In this document: positions 34,525-47,195 of the stretch, piece after piece
How the letters are laid out: each line of letters starts with the position of its first letter
Position numbering within the stretch: position 1 is the first letter of the stretch
Source of the DNA: Escherichia coli
GTDB lineage: Bacteria > Pseudomonadota > Gammaproteobacteria > Enterobacterales > Enterobacteriaceae
DNA: 64,000 nt
Strand: one strand, 5' to 3'
Assembly (NCBI RefSeq): GCF_003334385.1
Contig: NZ_QOWN01000002.1
Translations under genes and position numbers: made by a program
Notes under the pieces: model-generated
The model's input: the letters and a program-made list of their open reading frames with translations, nothing else
Database searches by the model: none
Told to the model about the DNA's origin: nothing

Positions 34525-37041
34525 ATGCCACAACGACACCACCAGGGACATAAACGCACACCGAAACAGTTGGCGCTCATCATCAAACGTTGTTTGCCGA
34601 TGGTGCTCACTGGCAGCGGCATGCTTTGCACTACCGCTAACGCCGAAGAGTATTATTTCGACCCCATTATGCTGGAAACCACAAAAAGTGGTATGCAAAC
34701 AACCGATCTGTCGCGTTTTTCAAAAAAATATGCACAACTACCAGGAACTTATCAGGTTGATATCTGGCTGAATAAAAAGAAGGTTTCACAGAAAAAAATT
34801 ACATTTACCGCCAATGCAGAGCAACTTCTGCAGCCACAGTTTACGGTAGAACAACTACGTGAGCTGGGGATTAAGGTGGATGAAATCCCGGCGCTGGCTG
34901 AAAAAGATGACGATAGCGTGATCAACTCGCTTGAACAAATCATTCCCGGTACAGCTGCTGAATTTGATTTCAATCATCAGCAACTTAATTTGAGCATTCC
35001 CCAAATTGCACTGTACCGTGATGCAAGAGGTTACGTCTCCCCTTCTCGTTGGGACGATGGTATACCAACGCTGTTTACCAACTACTCGTTTACAGGTTCT
35101 GATAACCGTTACCGCCAGGGCAATCGTAGCCAACGACAGTACCTGAATATGCAAAATGGTGCTAATTTTGGCCCCTGGCGATTACGCAACTATTCCACAT
35201 GGACACGCAACGATCAGACATCAAGCTGGAATACCATCAGTAGTTATTTACAACGTGATATCAAGGCGTTGAAGTCTCAGTTGCTTCTGGGAGAAAGCGC
35301 CACCAGCGGCAGTATTTTTTCCAGCTACACCTTTACTGGCGTGCAACTCGCTTCCGACGATAATATGTTGCCAAACAGCCAGCGCGGATTTGCCCCAACG
35401 GTACGCGGTATCGCAAACAGTAGTGCAATCGTGACTATCAGGCAAAATGGTTATGTGATCTATCAAAGCAACGTGTCAGCGGGTGCCTTTGAAATTAACG
35501 ATCTCTACCCCTCTTCCAACAGCGGCGATTTAGAAGTCACGATTGAAGAAAGTGACGGTACACAACGTCGCTTTATCCAGCCTTATTCTTCATTACCCAT
35601 GATGCAGCGACCTGGGCATCTAAAGTATAGCGCGACCGCTGGACGCTATCGCGCTGATGCAAACAGTGATAGCAAGGAACCCGAATTTGCTGAAGCCACG
35701 GCAATATATGGTTTGAATAATACTTTTACGCTGTATGGCGGCCTGCTCGGTTCTGAAGATTATTATGCGCTGGGGATCGGTATCGGCGGCACACTTGGCG
35801 CACTGGGCGCGTTGTCGATGGATATCAACAGAGCTGACACCCAATTCGATAACCAGCACTCTTTTCATGGCTATCAATGGCGTACGCAGTACATCAAAGA
35901 TATCCCGGAAACCAACACCAATATCGCTGTCAGCTACTATCGCTATACCAACGATGGCTATTTTAGTTTTAATGAAGCCAATACCCGCAATTGGGACTAT
36001 AACAGTCGCCAAAAAAGTGAAATTCAATTCAACATCAGCCAGACAATATTTGATGGGGTAAGTCTGTATGCCTCCGGTTCGCAGCAAGACTATTGGGGCA
36101 ATAACGATAAAAACAGGAATATCTCTGTTGGGGTTTCCGGCCAGCAATGGGGAGTTGGTTACAGCCTGAATTATCAATACAGCCGCTACACTGATCAAAA
36201 TAATGACCGCGCACTCTCTTTGAATCTCAGTATTCCGTTAGAACGCTGGTTACCGCGTAGCCGGGTTTCCTATCAGATGACCAGCCAGAAAGATCGCCCA
36301 ACCCAACATGAAATGCGTCTTGATGGCTCACTGCTGGATGATGGTCGCCTGAGCTATAGCCTGGAACAAAGTCTGGATGACGATAACAACCATAACAGTA
36401 GCCTGAACGCCAGTTACCGTTCACCTTATGGCACCTTCAGTGCCGGATACAGCTACGGTAATGACAGCAGCCAATACAATTACGGCGTTACCGGCGGCGT
36501 GGTTATCCATCCTCATGGCGTGACGCTCTCGCAATATCTGGGCAACGCTTTTGCGCTTATCGATGCTAACGGAGCATCTGGCGTGAGGATACAAAACTAT
36601 CCGGGGATTGCTACCGATCCTTTTGGCTATGCAGTGGTTCCTTATCTCACAACTTATCAGGAAAACCGTCTCTCGGTAGATACTACGCAGCTGCCCGATA
36701 ACGTCGATCTTGAACAAACAACACAGTTTGTGGTGCCCAACAGAGGTGCAATGGTAGCGGCGCGTTTCAACGCCAATATCGGTTATCGCGTACTTGTTAC
36801 AGTCAGCGATCGCAACGGTAAACCGTTGCCCTTTGGCGCTCTTGCCAGCAACGATGATACGGGGCAACAAAGTATCGTCGATGAGGGCGGCATACTATAT
36901 CTCTCTGGGATATCGAGTAAATCACAAAGCTGGACTGTACGCTGGGGAAATCAGGCAGATCAACAATGTCAGTTTGCTTTCAGTACACCGGATTCAGAAC
37001 CTACAACCTCTGTATTACAAGGCACAGCGCAGTGCCATTAA
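34525..37041 (+). CDS. yraJ: Outer-membrane fimbrial usher YraJ, 838 aa
   Basis: Large beta-rich ORF with signal peptide and usher-type conserved C-terminal Cys pair; start trimmed from the 863-aa track ORF. Confidence 0.9.
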   Translation: MPQRHHQGHKRTPKQLALIIKRCLPMVLTGSGMLCTTANAEEYYFDPIMLETTKSGMQTTDLSRFSKKYAQLPGTYQVDIWLNKKKVSQKKITFTANAEQLLQPQFTVEQLRELGIKVDEIPALAEKDDDSVINSLEQIIPGTAAEFDFNHQQLNLSIPQIALYRDARGYVSPSRWDDGIPTLFTNYSFTGSDNRYRQGNRSQRQYLNMQNGANFGPWRLRNYSTWTRNDQTSSWNTISSYLQRDIKALKSQLLLGESATSGSIFSSYTFTGVQLASDDNMLPNSQRGFAPTVRGIANSSAIVTIRQNGYVIYQSNVSAGAFEINDLYPSSNSGDLEVTIEESDGTQRRFIQPYSSLPMMQRPGHLKYSATAGRYRADANSDSKEPEFAEATAIYGLNNTFTLYGGLLGSEDYYALGIGIGGTLGALGALSMDINRADTQFDNQHSFHGYQWRTQYIKDIPETNTNIAVSYYRYTNDGYFSFNEANTRNWDYNSRQKSEIQFNISQTIFDGVSLYASGSQQDYWGNNDKNRNISVGVSGQQWGVGYSLNYQYSRYTDQNNDRALSLNLSIPLERWLPRSRVSYQMTSQKDRPTQHEMRLDGSLLDDGRLSYSLEQSLDDDNNHNSSLNASYRSPYGTFSAGYSYGNDSSQYNYGVTGGVVIHPHGVTLSQYLGNAFALIDANGASGVRIQNYPGIATDPFGYAVVPYLTTYQENRLSVDTTQLPDNVDLEQTTQFVVPNRGAMVAARFNANIGYRVLVTVSDRNGKPLPFGALASNDDTGQQSIVDEGGILYLSGISSKSQSWTVRWGNQADQQCQFAFSTPDSEPTTSVLQGTAQCH

Positions 37042-37051
37042 GGATAAAAAA

Positions 37052-38143
37052 ATGAAAAGAGCGCCTCTTATAACAGGTCTTTTGTTGATATCCACATCCT
37101 GCGCTTATGCCTCCTCAGGAGGGTGTGGAGCCGACAGCACTAGCGGTGCGACAAATTACAGCAGTGTGGTTGATGATGTTACGGTGAACCAGACAGATAA
37201 CGTGACAGGACGGGAGTTTACCTCTGCAACGCTAAGTAGCACTAACTGGCAATACGCCTGTTCCTGCTCTGCGGGTAAGGCAGTTAAACTTGTCTATATG
37301 GTCAGCCCCGTACTTACCACCACTGGACATCAGACAGGATATTACAAACTCAATGACAGCCTGGATATTAAAACCACATTACAGGCAAACGACATTCCAG
37401 GACTCACAACCGACCAGGTTGTCTCTGTTAACACCCGATTCACACAGATAAAAAACAACACGGTATATTCTGCTGCAACCCAAACGGGTGTTTGCCAGGG
37501 TGATACGTCTCGTTATGGACCCGTTAATATTGGTGCGAACACCACCTTTACCCTGTATGTCACCAAGCCATTTCTCGGCTCGATGACCATTCCGAAAACG
37601 GATATTGCCGTCATTAAAGGCGCGTGGGTCGATGGAATGGGAAGCCCGTCTACAGGTGACTTCCATGATTTAGTCAAGTTATCGATTCAGGGAAATCTCA
37701 CCGCCCCACAGTCGTGCAAAATTAATCAGGGCGATGTTATTAAGGTTAATTTTGGATTCATCAATGGTCAGAAGTTTACCACCCGCAATGCCATGCCAGA
37801 CGGTTTTACTCCAGTAGACTTTGATATCACTTATGACTGTGGTGATACTTCAAAGATTAAAAACTCGTTGCAAATGCGCATCGACGGTACAACTGGGGTA
37901 GTAGACCAGTACAACCTGGTCGCCAGGCGAAGAAGTTCAGACAATGTGCCCGATGTCGGTATTCGTATTGAAAATCTCGGCGGCGGAGTTGCAAATATTC
38001 CTTTTCAGAACGGTATCCTTCCCGTTGATCCTTCCGGGCATGGCACCGTCAATATGCGCGCCTGGCCAGTTAATCTGGTCGGTGGTGAGCTGGAAACAGG
38101 AAAATTTCAGGGCACAGCCACCATTACCGTCATCGTGCGGTAA
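37052..38143 (+). CDS. yraK: Fimbrial adhesin-like protein YraK, 363 aa
   Basis: MKRAPLITGLLLISTSCAYA signal peptide then two-domain adhesin-like sequence; track ORF extended 86 codons upstream. Confidence 0.9.
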   Translation: MKRAPLITGLLLISTSCAYASSGGCGADSTSGATNYSSVVDDVTVNQTDNVTGREFTSATLSSTNWQYACSCSAGKAVKLVYMVSPVLTTTGHQTGYYKLNDSLDIKTTLQANDIPGLTTDQVVSVNTRFTQIKNNTVYSAATQTGVCQGDTSRYGPVNIGANTTFTLYVTKPFLGSMTIPKTDIAVIKGAWVDGMGSPSTGDFHDLVKLSIQGNLTAPQSCKINQGDVIKVNFGFINGQKFTTRNAMPDGFTPVDFDITYDCGDTSKIKNSLQMRIDGTTGVVDQYNLVARRRSSDNVPDVGIRIENLGGGVANIPFQNGILPVDPSGHGTVNMRAWPVNLVGGELETGKFQGTATITVIVR

Positions 38144-38185
38144 AAGAAGACGTTGCGTTTTGATTAACGCAACGCTTCGGCACTG

Positions 38186-39046
38186 TTACCCCTGCTGCTC
38201 CAGCGCATACTTATACAGCGCATTTTTCTTCACGCCGTGAATTTCTGCGGCCAGCGCCGCCGCTTTTTTCAGCGGCAGTTCTGCCTGTAGCAGCGCCAGC
38301 GTGCGCAGGGCATCGGCGGGTAAGTCTTCTTCCTGTGCTTTATGACCTTCGACAATCAGCACCATTTCGCCTTTGCGACGGTTTTCATCTTCCTTTACCC
38401 ACGCCAGCAGCTCGCCAACGGGCGCGCCGTGAATGGTTTCCCAGGTTTTGGTCAGCTCACGCGCCAGAACCACGTAGCGGGATTCGCCTAATACCGCAAC
38501 GATATCTTCCAGGCTATCTAACAGACGGTGGGTAGATTCATAAAAAATCAGCGTGCGCGGCTCCGCTTCAATGGCTTTTAGCGCATCACGGCGGCCTTTT
38601 GATTTGGCAGGTAAAAAGCCTTCGTAACAGAAACGGTCAGAGGGTAAACCCGCTGCGCTTAACGCAGTGATAGCAGCACACGGCCCGGGTAGCGGCACCA
38701 CGCGGATCCCCGCTTCACGGCAGGTACGCACCAGATGGTAGCCAGGATCGTTAATTAGCGGCGTTCCGGCATCGGAAACCAGCGCAATGTTTTGCCCCTC
38801 TTGCAGCTTCGCCAGCAGCGTTTCAGCTTTTTGTTGTTCGTTATGGTCGTGCAGCGCAAACAACCGGGCATTAATCCCAAAATGTTGCAGCAATAAACCG
38901 GTGTGACGAGTATCCTCGGCGGCAATCAGATCAACGGCCTGTAATACCTCTAACGCACGCTGGGTGATATCCGCCAGATTGCCGATTGGCGTCGGTACAA
39001 TGTAAAGCTGGCCCTGAGAATTATCCGCCGATTGGTGTTGTTTCAT
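38186..39046 (-). CDS. rsmI: 16S rRNA C1402 2'-O-methyltransferase RsmI (YraL), 286 aa
   Basis: 286-aa ORF of the tetrapyrrole-methylase-like family (…[22 protein letters not shown]…). Confidence 0.95.
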
Positions 39047-39110
39047 TGTGTCGTCCGTATTGCCGATTTAATATTGAGCATTGCGTAAAAAAAATATCAC
39101 TGGATACATT

Positions 39111-41147
39111 ATGGTACCCTCAACATTTTCTCGTTTGAAAGCCGCGCGTTGTCTGCCTGTTGTTCTGGCAGCCCTGATTTTCGCCGGTTGTGGCACCCAT
39201 ACTCCCGATCAGTCCACTGCTTATATGCAGGGCACGGCGCAGGCTGATTCTGCCTTTTATCTTCAGCAGATGCAGCAAAGCTCTGATGATACCAGGATCA
39301 ACTGGCAATTACTCGCCATTCGTGCACTGGTGAAAGAAGGTAAAACCGGGCAGGCGGTTGAGTTGTTTAACCAACTACCGCAAGAACTGAACGATGCTCA
39401 GCGTCGCGAGAAAACACTGCTGGCGGTAGAGATTAAACTGGCGCAGAAAGATTTTGCTGGCGCGCAAAACTTGCTGGCGAAAATCACACCTGCCGATTTA
39501 GAACAAAACCAGCAAGCGCGTTACTGGCAGGCAAAAATCGATGCCAGCCAGGGGCGTCCTTCCATTGATTTACTGCGCGCGTTAATTGCTCAGGAACCGC
39601 TGCTTGGCGCGAAAGAAAAACAGCAGAATATTGATGCCACCTGGCAGGCGCTCTCCTCCATGACTCAGGAACAGGCGAATACGCTGGTGATCAACGCCGA
39701 CGAAAATATTCTGCAAGGCTGGCTGGATCTGCAGCGCGTCTGGTTTGATAACCGTAACGATCCCGACATGATGAAAGCCGGGATCGCCGACTGGCAGAAA
39801 CGTTATCCGAACAATCCGGGCGCGAAAATGCTGCCAACGCAGTTGGTTAACGTAAAAGCGTTTAAACCAGCCTCGACCAACAAAATCGCCCTGCTGTTGC
39901 CACTGAATGGCCAGGCAGCGGTATTTGGTCGCACTATTCAGCAAGGCTTTGAAGCGGCGAAAAATATCGGCACTCAGCCAGTGGCAGCTCAGGTAGCTGC
40001 CGCACCTGCCGCAGACGTAGCTGAACAACCTCAGCCGCAAACCGTGGATGGCGTTGCCAGCCCGGCACAAGCCTCGGTTAGCGATCTGACCGGTGAACAG
40101 CCTGCAGCCCAGCCGGTGCCTGTAAGCGCCCCGGCGACAAGCACCGCAGCGGTAAGCGCACCCGCAAATCCATCCGCAGAGCTGAAAATCTACGATACCT
40201 CATCACAACCACTTAGCCAGATCTTAAGCCAGGTTCAGCAGGATGGCGCGAGTATTGTGGTCGGTCCGTTGCTGAAAAATAACGTTGAAGAGTTGCTGAA
40301 GAGCAACACTCCGCTGAACGTACTGGCACTGAACCAGCCGGAGAATATCGAAAATCGCGTCAATATTTGTTACTTCGCGCTTTCACCGGAAGACGAAGCG
40401 CGCGATGCAGCGCGTCATATTCGTGACCAGGGTAAACAAGCGCCGCTGGTGCTGATCCCACGCAGTTCATTGGGCGATCGCGTAGCCAATGCGTTTGCGC
40501 AAGAGTGGCAGAAACTGGGCGGCGGCACCGTTCTGCAACAAAAATTTGGTTCCACCAGCGAATTACGCGCGGGTGTTAACGGCGGTTCTGGTATTGCTTT
40601 AACGGGTAGCCCGATTACTCTCAGAGCGACAACCGACTCCGGCATGACGACCAACAATCCAACGCTGCAAACCACGCCAACCGATGACCAGTTCACCAAT
40701 AATGGCGGTCGTGTCGATGCGGTGTACATTGTGGCAACGCCGGGTGAAATCGCTTTTATCAAACCGATGATCGCCATGCGTAACGGTAGCCAGAGCGGTG
40801 CAACGCTGTACGCCAGCTCCCGCAGTGCGCAAGGGACCGCTGGCCCGGATTTCCGACTGGAGATGGAAGGCTTGCAGTACAGCGAAATCCCGATGCTGGC
40901 AGGCGGTAATCTACCGTTAATGCAGCAGGCACTCAGCGCGGTGAATAACGATTATTCACTGGCTCGCATGTATGCGATGGGCGTCGATGCCTGGTCGCTG
41001 GCAAATCATTTCTCACAAATGCGCCAGGTTCAGGGTTTTGAAATCAACGGTAATACCGGAAGCCTGACGGCTAACCCGGATTGCGTGATTAACAGGAACT
41101 TATCATGGCTACAGTACCAACAAGGTCAGGTAGTCCCCGTCAGTTAA
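39111..41147 (+). CDS. lpoA: Outer-membrane lipoprotein LpoA (PBP1A activator), 678 aa
   Basis: Lipoprotein signal with lipobox …[10 protein letters not shown]-like N domain, Ala/Pro-rich linker, C-terminal binding-protein-like domain. Confidence 0.95.
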   Translation: MVPSTFSRLKAARCLPVVLAALIFAGCGTHTPDQSTAYMQGTAQADSAFYLQQMQQSSDDTRINWQLLAIRALVKEGKTGQAVELFNQLPQELNDAQRREKTLLAVEIKLAQKDFAGAQNLLAKITPADLEQNQQARYWQAKIDASQGRPSIDLLRALIAQEPLLGAKEKQQNIDATWQALSSMTQEQANTLVINADENILQGWLDLQRVWFDNRNDPDMMKAGIADWQKRYPNNPGAKMLPTQLVNVKAFKPASTNKIALLLPLNGQAAVFGRTIQQGFEAAKNIGTQPVAAQVAAAPAADVAEQPQPQTVDGVASPAQASVSDLTGEQPAAQPVPVSAPATSTAAVSAPANPSAELKIYDTSSQPLSQILSQVQQDGASIVVGPLLKNNVEELLKSNTPLNVLALNQPENIENRVNICYFALSPEDEARDAARHIRDQGKQAPLVLIPRSSLGDRVANAFAQEWQKLGGGTVLQQKFGSTSELRAGVNGGSGIALTGSPITLRATTDSGMTTNNPTLQTTPTDDQFTNNGGRVDAVYIVATPGEIAFIKPMIAMRNGSQSGATLYASSRSAQGTAGPDFRLEMEGLQYSEIPMLAGGNLPLMQQALSAVNNDYSLARMYAMGVDAWSLANHFSQMRQVQGFEINGNTGSLTANPDCVINRNLSWLQYQQGQVVPVS

Positions 41148-41500
41148 CCACCAAACAGACCGGCGATGCGTGGGAAGCACAAGCGCGTCGCTGGCTGGAA
41201 GGCAAAGGACTGCGGTTTATCGCCGCTAACGTGAACGAGCGTGGCGGCGAGATCGATCTGATAATGCGTGAAGGCCGGACCACCATTTTTGTCGAGGTAC
41301 GCTATCGCCGCTCTGCGCTTTATGGCGGCGCGGCAGCCAGTGTGACCCGCAGCAAACAACACAAATTATTACAGACTGCCCGCTTGTGGCTCGCGCGTCA
41401 TAATGGGAGTTTTGATACTGTGGATTGCCGGTTCGATGTGGTAGCCTTCACCGGGAATGAGGTTGAGTGGATTAAGGATGCCTTTAATGACCACTCATAA
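41105..41500 (+). CDS. yraN: UPF0102 protein YraN (predicted PD-(D/E)xK nuclease fold), 131 aa
   Basis: 131-aa ORF whose first 14 codons overlap the lpoA 3' end in another frame. Confidence 0.9.
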   Translation: MATVPTRSGSPRQLTTKQTGDAWEAQARRWLEGKGLRFIAANVNERGGEIDLIMREGRTTIFVEVRYRRSALYGGAAASVTRSKQHKLLQTARLWLARHNGSFDTVDCRFDVVAFTGNEVEWIKDAFNDHS

Positions 41501-41519
41501 TTAAGGTTTAAGGATTAGC

Positions 41520-42110
41520 GTGCAAGAAAGAATTAAAGCTTGCTTCACTGAAAGCATTCAAACTCAAATTGCGGCGGCAGAGGCGCTTCCGGATGCCATC
41601 TCCCGTGCAGCCATGACGCTGGTTCAGTCTCTGCTCAATGGCAACAAAATCCTCTGTTGTGGTAATGGAACTTCCGCTGCCAATGCACAGCATTTTGCTG
41701 CCAGCATGATCAACCGTTTCGAAACGGAGCGGCCCAGCTTACCTGCCATTGCACTAAATACTGATAATGTTGTCTTAACGGCGATTGCCAACGATCGCTT
41801 ACATGATGAAGTGTATGCAAAACAGGTGCGGGCGCTGGGTCATGCGGGAGATGTATTGTTAGCCATTTCCACCCGTGGCAACAGCCGCGATATTGTTAAA
41901 GCAGTTGAAGCCGCCGTTACGCGTGATATGACCATTGTGGCATTGACCGGCTATGACGGCGGCGAACTTGCAGGTTTGTTAGGGCCACAGGATGTGGAGA
42001 TCCGCATTCCTTCGCATCGTAGTGCTCGCATTCAGGAAATGCATATGCTGACGGTAAATTGCCTGTGCGATCTGATCGATAACACGCTTTTCCCTCACCA
42101 GGATGATTAA
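41520..42110 (+). CDS. diaA: DnaA initiator-associating protein DiaA (SIS domain), 196 aa
   Basis: 196-aa SIS-domain ORF (…[17 protein letters not shown]…). Confidence 0.95.
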
Positions 42111-42119
42111 GGAGAATAC

Positions 42120-42695
42120 ATGAAGGCATTATCGCCAATCGCAGTCCTTATTTCCGCGCTGCTGTTGCAAGGTTGTGTTGCCGCTGCCGTAGTGGGTACC
42201 GCTGCTGTGGGTACCAAAGCCGCAACTGACCCACGCAGTGTCGGCACCCAGGTGGACGATGGTACCCTGGAAGTGCGCGTGAACAGCGCATTGTCGAAAG
42301 ACGAACAGATTAAGAAAGAAGCGCGCATTAATGTAACGGCCTATCAGGGCAAAGTGCTGCTGGTTGGGCAGTCACCAAATGCTGAACTTTCGGCTCGCGC
42401 CAAACAGATTGCTATGGGCGTAGACGGTGCCAACGAAGTGTATAACGAGATTCGTCAGGGCCAGCCGATTGGTCTGGGCGAAGCATCTAACGATACGTGG
42501 ATCACCACCAAAGTGCGTTCGCAGCTCTTAACCAGCGACCTGGTGAAATCGTCCAACGTGAAAGTGACCACCGAAAACGGTGAAGTGTTCCTGATGGGGC
42601 TGGTGACTGAACGTGAAGCGAAAGCGGCGGCAGATATTGCCAGCCGGGTGAGCGGCGTGAAGCGGGTAACTACGGCGTTTACGTTTATTAAATAG
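42120..42695 (+). CDS. dolP: Outer-membrane lipoprotein DolP (YraP), dual BON domain, 191 aa
   Basis: Lipobox …LLLQGCVAAA followed by two BON-like repeats. Confidence 0.95.
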   Translation: MKALSPIAVLISALLLQGCVAAAVVGTAAVGTKAATDPRSVGTQVDDGTLEVRVNSALSKDEQIKKEARINVTAYQGKVLLVGQSPNAELSARAKQIAMGVDGANEVYNEIRQGQPIGLGEASNDTWITTKVRSQLLTSDLVKSSNVKVTTENGEVFLMGLVTEREAKAAADIASRVSGVKRVTTAFTFIK

Positions 42696-42704
42696 CAGCC
42701 CCTT

Positions 42705-42795
42705 GTAATGCCTGATGCGACGCTTGCCGCGTCTTATCAGGCCTACAACGATACAAACCGTAGGTCAGATAAGGCGTTTACGCCGCATCCGACAT
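42705..42795. repeat. REP/BIME elements between convergent dolP and yraQ
   Basis: gcctgatgcgacgcttgccgcgtcttatcaggcctac and taggtcagataaggcgtttacgccgcatccgaca. Confidence 0.6.
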
Positions 42796-42808
42796 GTTTT
42801 CCCTCAAA

Positions 42809-43849
42809 TCAGAACAACAGCGCCAGCCCGCCGACAATCACACCAGACACTGCCACCATCGCCCCTGTCAGCCATAAGGCTTTCGCCGGGAACGCTTTGC
42901 GCAGCATAATCAGTGACGGCAAACTCACTGCCGGGAGCGTCATCAACAATGCCAGCGCCGGAGCGGTTCCCATACCTGCCAGCATCATCGTTTGTACAAT
43001 CGGAATTTCTGCTGCCGTGGGAATGACAAACAAGCATCCTGCTACCGCCATCGCCACCACCCACATCAGGCTGTTATCGACAGCACCATCGGCATGGGGG
43101 AATAACCAGACGCGAGCGGCACCCAACACCAGTACTGCAAGGATGTAAACCGGGATCGTACTCCAGAAAAGCGTCCATAGCGCCCTGCCCCAGCGGCTAA
43201 AAAACCCGCCCTGTGCTTCCGGTATGTCAATTTCGACCGGTGCCTGCGTTTGCGGTGTTTCACGCACCCATTTTTGCACCAGCGTCGCAATCAGCAACAC
43301 CATCACCAGCCCGGCCACCAGACGAATCACCGCAAAACCCCAGCCGAGGACAAAGCCCATAAACACCAGCGTCGCCGGGTTTAACACCGGATTGCCCATC
43401 CAGAATGCCAGCGCACCGCCCATCGACACCTGTTGGCGACGCATTCCCGCCGCGACCGGAGCCGCACAGCAGGTACACATCATGCCCGGCAACGAAAACA
43501 GCGTTCCCAGCAGCGTGCCGCGAAAGCGCGATTGCCCAAGCGTACGCAACAACCAGTCACGCGGGATCAGCACCTGAATCAACGAACCGAGGATCACCCC
43601 CAGCACCGCCGCTTTCCATACCGCGAGGAAATAGATCATCGCGTAATCCAACGCCGCCTGCCATGGGTTAGCATCCGCCTGCGCAAGGATAGATTTACCG
43701 ATACTGTGGGTTTCGGCAGCAGTAAACGCTTTGCCGTAGTAAGGTTCCCATTTCACATACCAGAGACCGGCAATGACAACGAGAAAGAAAAGCGCGGGTT
43801 TCCACCACTGAATGGGCGTTGCCGCCTGAGATGAAGACTGACCAGTCAT
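42809..43849 (-). CDS. yraQ: Putative permease YraQ, 346 aa
   Basis: 346-aa multi-TM ORF; function not established. Confidence 0.9.
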   Translation of the reverse strand: MTGQSSSQAATPIQWWKPALFFLVVIAGLWYVKWEPYYGKAFTAAETHSIGKSILAQADANPWQAALDYAMIYFLAVWKAAVLGVILGSLIQVLIPRDWLLRTLGQSRFRGTLLGTLFSLPGMMCTCCAAPVAAGMRRQQVSMGGALAFWMGNPVLNPATLVFMGFVLGWGFAVIRLVAGLVMVLLIATLVQKWVRETPQTQAPVEIDIPEAQGGFFSRWGRALWTLFWSTIPVYILAVLVLGAARVWLFPHADGAVDNSLMWVVAMAVAGCLFVIPTAAEIPIVQTMMLAGMGTAPALALLMTLPAVSLPSLIMLRKAFPAKALWLTGAMVAVSGVIVGGLALLF

Positions 43850-43921
43850 AGCATTCCCCAGGAATAAGTTATGATAATTGAGCGCGTGAATATTACGCTC
43901 ACTATCAATTCTTGGGAATAA

Positions 43922-45182
<1,261 letters not shown>

Positions 45183-45203
<21 letters not shown>

Positions 45204-45626
45204 GTCGCGTAGCCAAATCATTTTTTTACCAAAGCCCAGCGTGTTGTCGGTGAATTTGATTTCATCGAGCCGGATTTCCCACACCGGGGCCGACAGCATT
45301 CTGGCAACCGGAAAGCGACGATTGTACGCCTTGCGCGCGAGGTCGCTTTCCTCACCTTCCAGCCTGCGGATCTCACCTTTAAACTGCACACCGCGAATTA
45401 ACGCTACCGTTTTCGGCTGACCGTTTACCGTTCCGGCAACCGCAGCCTGCGGCCCACTCATCTGCGCGTGGCGCGTTTTTTCTTCCGTCAAAATGTAGAA
45501 GGCGACTTTCTGCGCATCAAAAAGATAAAAGGCATTAGCGCACCAGAGTTCCCCTTCCTGCTGCACACACCAAGTGACAACATGTTGTTTTGCCAGCCAA
45601 CGGCTGATGGCGATGAGTGTTTCCAT
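45183..45626 (-). CDS. yhbP: UPF0306 protein YhbP (PNPOx-like fold), 147 aa
   Basis: 147-aa ORF convergent with and overlapping the yhbO 3' end. Confidence 0.9.
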
Positions 45627-45676
45627 TGCTGTTCTCTTTTATACTGTGGGCCTGACCTTAACATGCGACGCAGACG

Positions 45677-45979
45677 ATGACACCCTGGTTTCTTTACTTG
45701 ATCCGTACCGCCGACAATAAGCTTTATACCGGGATCACCACGGATGTCGAACGCCGCTATCAGCAGCACCAAAGCGGCAAAGGGGCGAAAGCACTGCGCG
45801 GGAAAGGAGAACTAACGCTGGTGTTTTCCGCGCCAGTGGGCGATCGTTCGCTGGCGTTACGGGCGGAATATCGCGTTAAGCAACTGACCAAACGGCAAAA
45901 AGAGCGTCTGGTAGCGGAAGGCGCAGGGTTTGCAGAGCTGTTAAGCAGTCTGCAAACCCCGGAGATTAAAAGCGATTGA
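45677..45979 (+). CDS. yhbQ: GIY-YIG domain protein YhbQ, 100 aa
   Basis: N-terminal …[27 protein letters not shown]… GIY-YIG motif. Confidence 0.9.
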   Translation: MTPWFLYLIRTADNKLYTGITTDVERRYQQHQSGKGAKALRGKGELTLVFSAPVGDRSLALRAEYRVKQLTKRQKERLVAEGAGFAELLSSLQTPEIKSD

Positions 45980-46469
45980 AATGCTCGTGATACTCAACCA
46001 GGCCGGTAACGCCATTCAGCGCGTCATCCGCTAAACGATGTACCTGGAAGGCGCTTTCAGTGCCCGGCCAGCGGCAACGCAGATCGTGATGCGCCGCCAG
46101 TTCAAAGCCGAAACGACTGTACAGCGCCGGATCGCCCAGCGTCACCACTGCGGCATAGCCGAACTCATTAAGCGAATCGAGTCCTTCATAGACCAGTTGG
46201 CGTGCCAGCCCCTGTCCACGGTATTTTTCATCAACCGCCAACGGTGCCATGCCGACCCATTGCAGGTCTTCGCCCTGCACATCAACCGGACTAAATGCCA
46301 CATAGCCAATGACCTGACCTTCGTCATCTGTCGCCACCAGCCCCAGCGTCAGAAAGCCATCTTCACGCAGATCGTGAACCAGCTTCGCTTCCGCATCACT
46401 TTCGAATGAGCGACGCAGCAGGGCATCAATACCCGGCGCATCAATGGGAATTTCTACTCGAATTAGCAT
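45966..46469 (-). CDS. yhbS: GNAT-family N-acetyltransferase YhbS, 167 aa
   Basis: 167-aa GNAT-like ORF (…[13 protein letters not shown]…) overlapping the yhbQ 3' end. Confidence 0.9.
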   Translation of the reverse strand: MLIRVEIPIDAPGIDALLRRSFESDAEAKLVHDLREDGFLTLGLVATDDEGQVIGYVAFSPVDVQGEDLQWVGMAPLAVDEKYRGQGLARQLVYEGLDSLNEFGYAAVVTLGDPALYSRFGFELAAHHDLRCRWPGTESAFQVHRLADDALNGVTGLVEYHEHFNRF

Positions 46470-46987
46470 GGTTCACCTACCGATGTCTGTTTGGTTTCAG
46501 GCGCGGTTTTCATTCCCGCCTCAACAAAATCCGCCAGTTGCAGCAGCATCATGCGTAAGGCTTTCGGCATTTGCTCCAGTTCAATGGCGTCCATCAGGTT
46601 TTTCACATACAGCCCCAGCTCCGTATCGCCTTCAATCACCAGCCGACGCTGGAAGAAGAGCGTATCCGGATCTTGTTTACGCGCCGCAATCATCAGCAGA
46701 TCGCTGGCGTCGGCACTAAAACTCACATCAGCTTGCGCGTTCTGGCTAACGACCAGTTTGCCATTCACCACCGAGGTAAACCATTGCAGGTCAATATCAC
46801 GCACATGAATACTTAACCAGCGGCCTTCAAGAAACTCCAGCTCGCCATCATCCAGCGCCTGGCGGAATTGCCAGCTTAAGACCTGCTCAAGAACCTGGCG
46901 TTTTAGCGCAAATGGCGTCAGTTTTACCGGTACACTCAACAGAGATGGCCCCAAATGCACAATACGGGAACGCAGTTTATCCAACAC
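46463..46987 (-). CDS. ubiT: SCP2-domain lipid-binding protein UbiT (YhbT), 174 aa, GTG start
   Basis: SCP2-like ORF; start placed at GTG (MLDKLRSRIVHLGP…); track began at an upstream TTG. Confidence 0.85.
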   Translation of the reverse strand: MLDKLRSRIVHLGPSLLSVPVKLTPFALKRQVLEQVLSWQFRQALDDGELEFLEGRWLSIHVRDIDLQWFTSVVNGKLVVSQNAQADVSFSADASDLLMIAARKQDPDTLFFQRRLVIEGDTELGLYVKNLMDAIELEQMPKALRMMLLQLADFVEAGMKTAPETKQTSVGEPC

Positions 46988-47195
46988 GAGTTTTACTCCC
47001 TGTTTCAACAATCATCCTATTTTGCCATATCAGAAAAATAACATAGCGGTATAAATCAACAATTCCATATGAAATTGCTGCTACCACCAATACAACTTTA
47101 ACTGCCTTAAATCAAAAATTGTCGCAGCAAGGTTAACTAAAATCCCAGTTCGTTAACATTTTTGCGTTTTGATAGCGCAACCTTCAGGAAAAATT

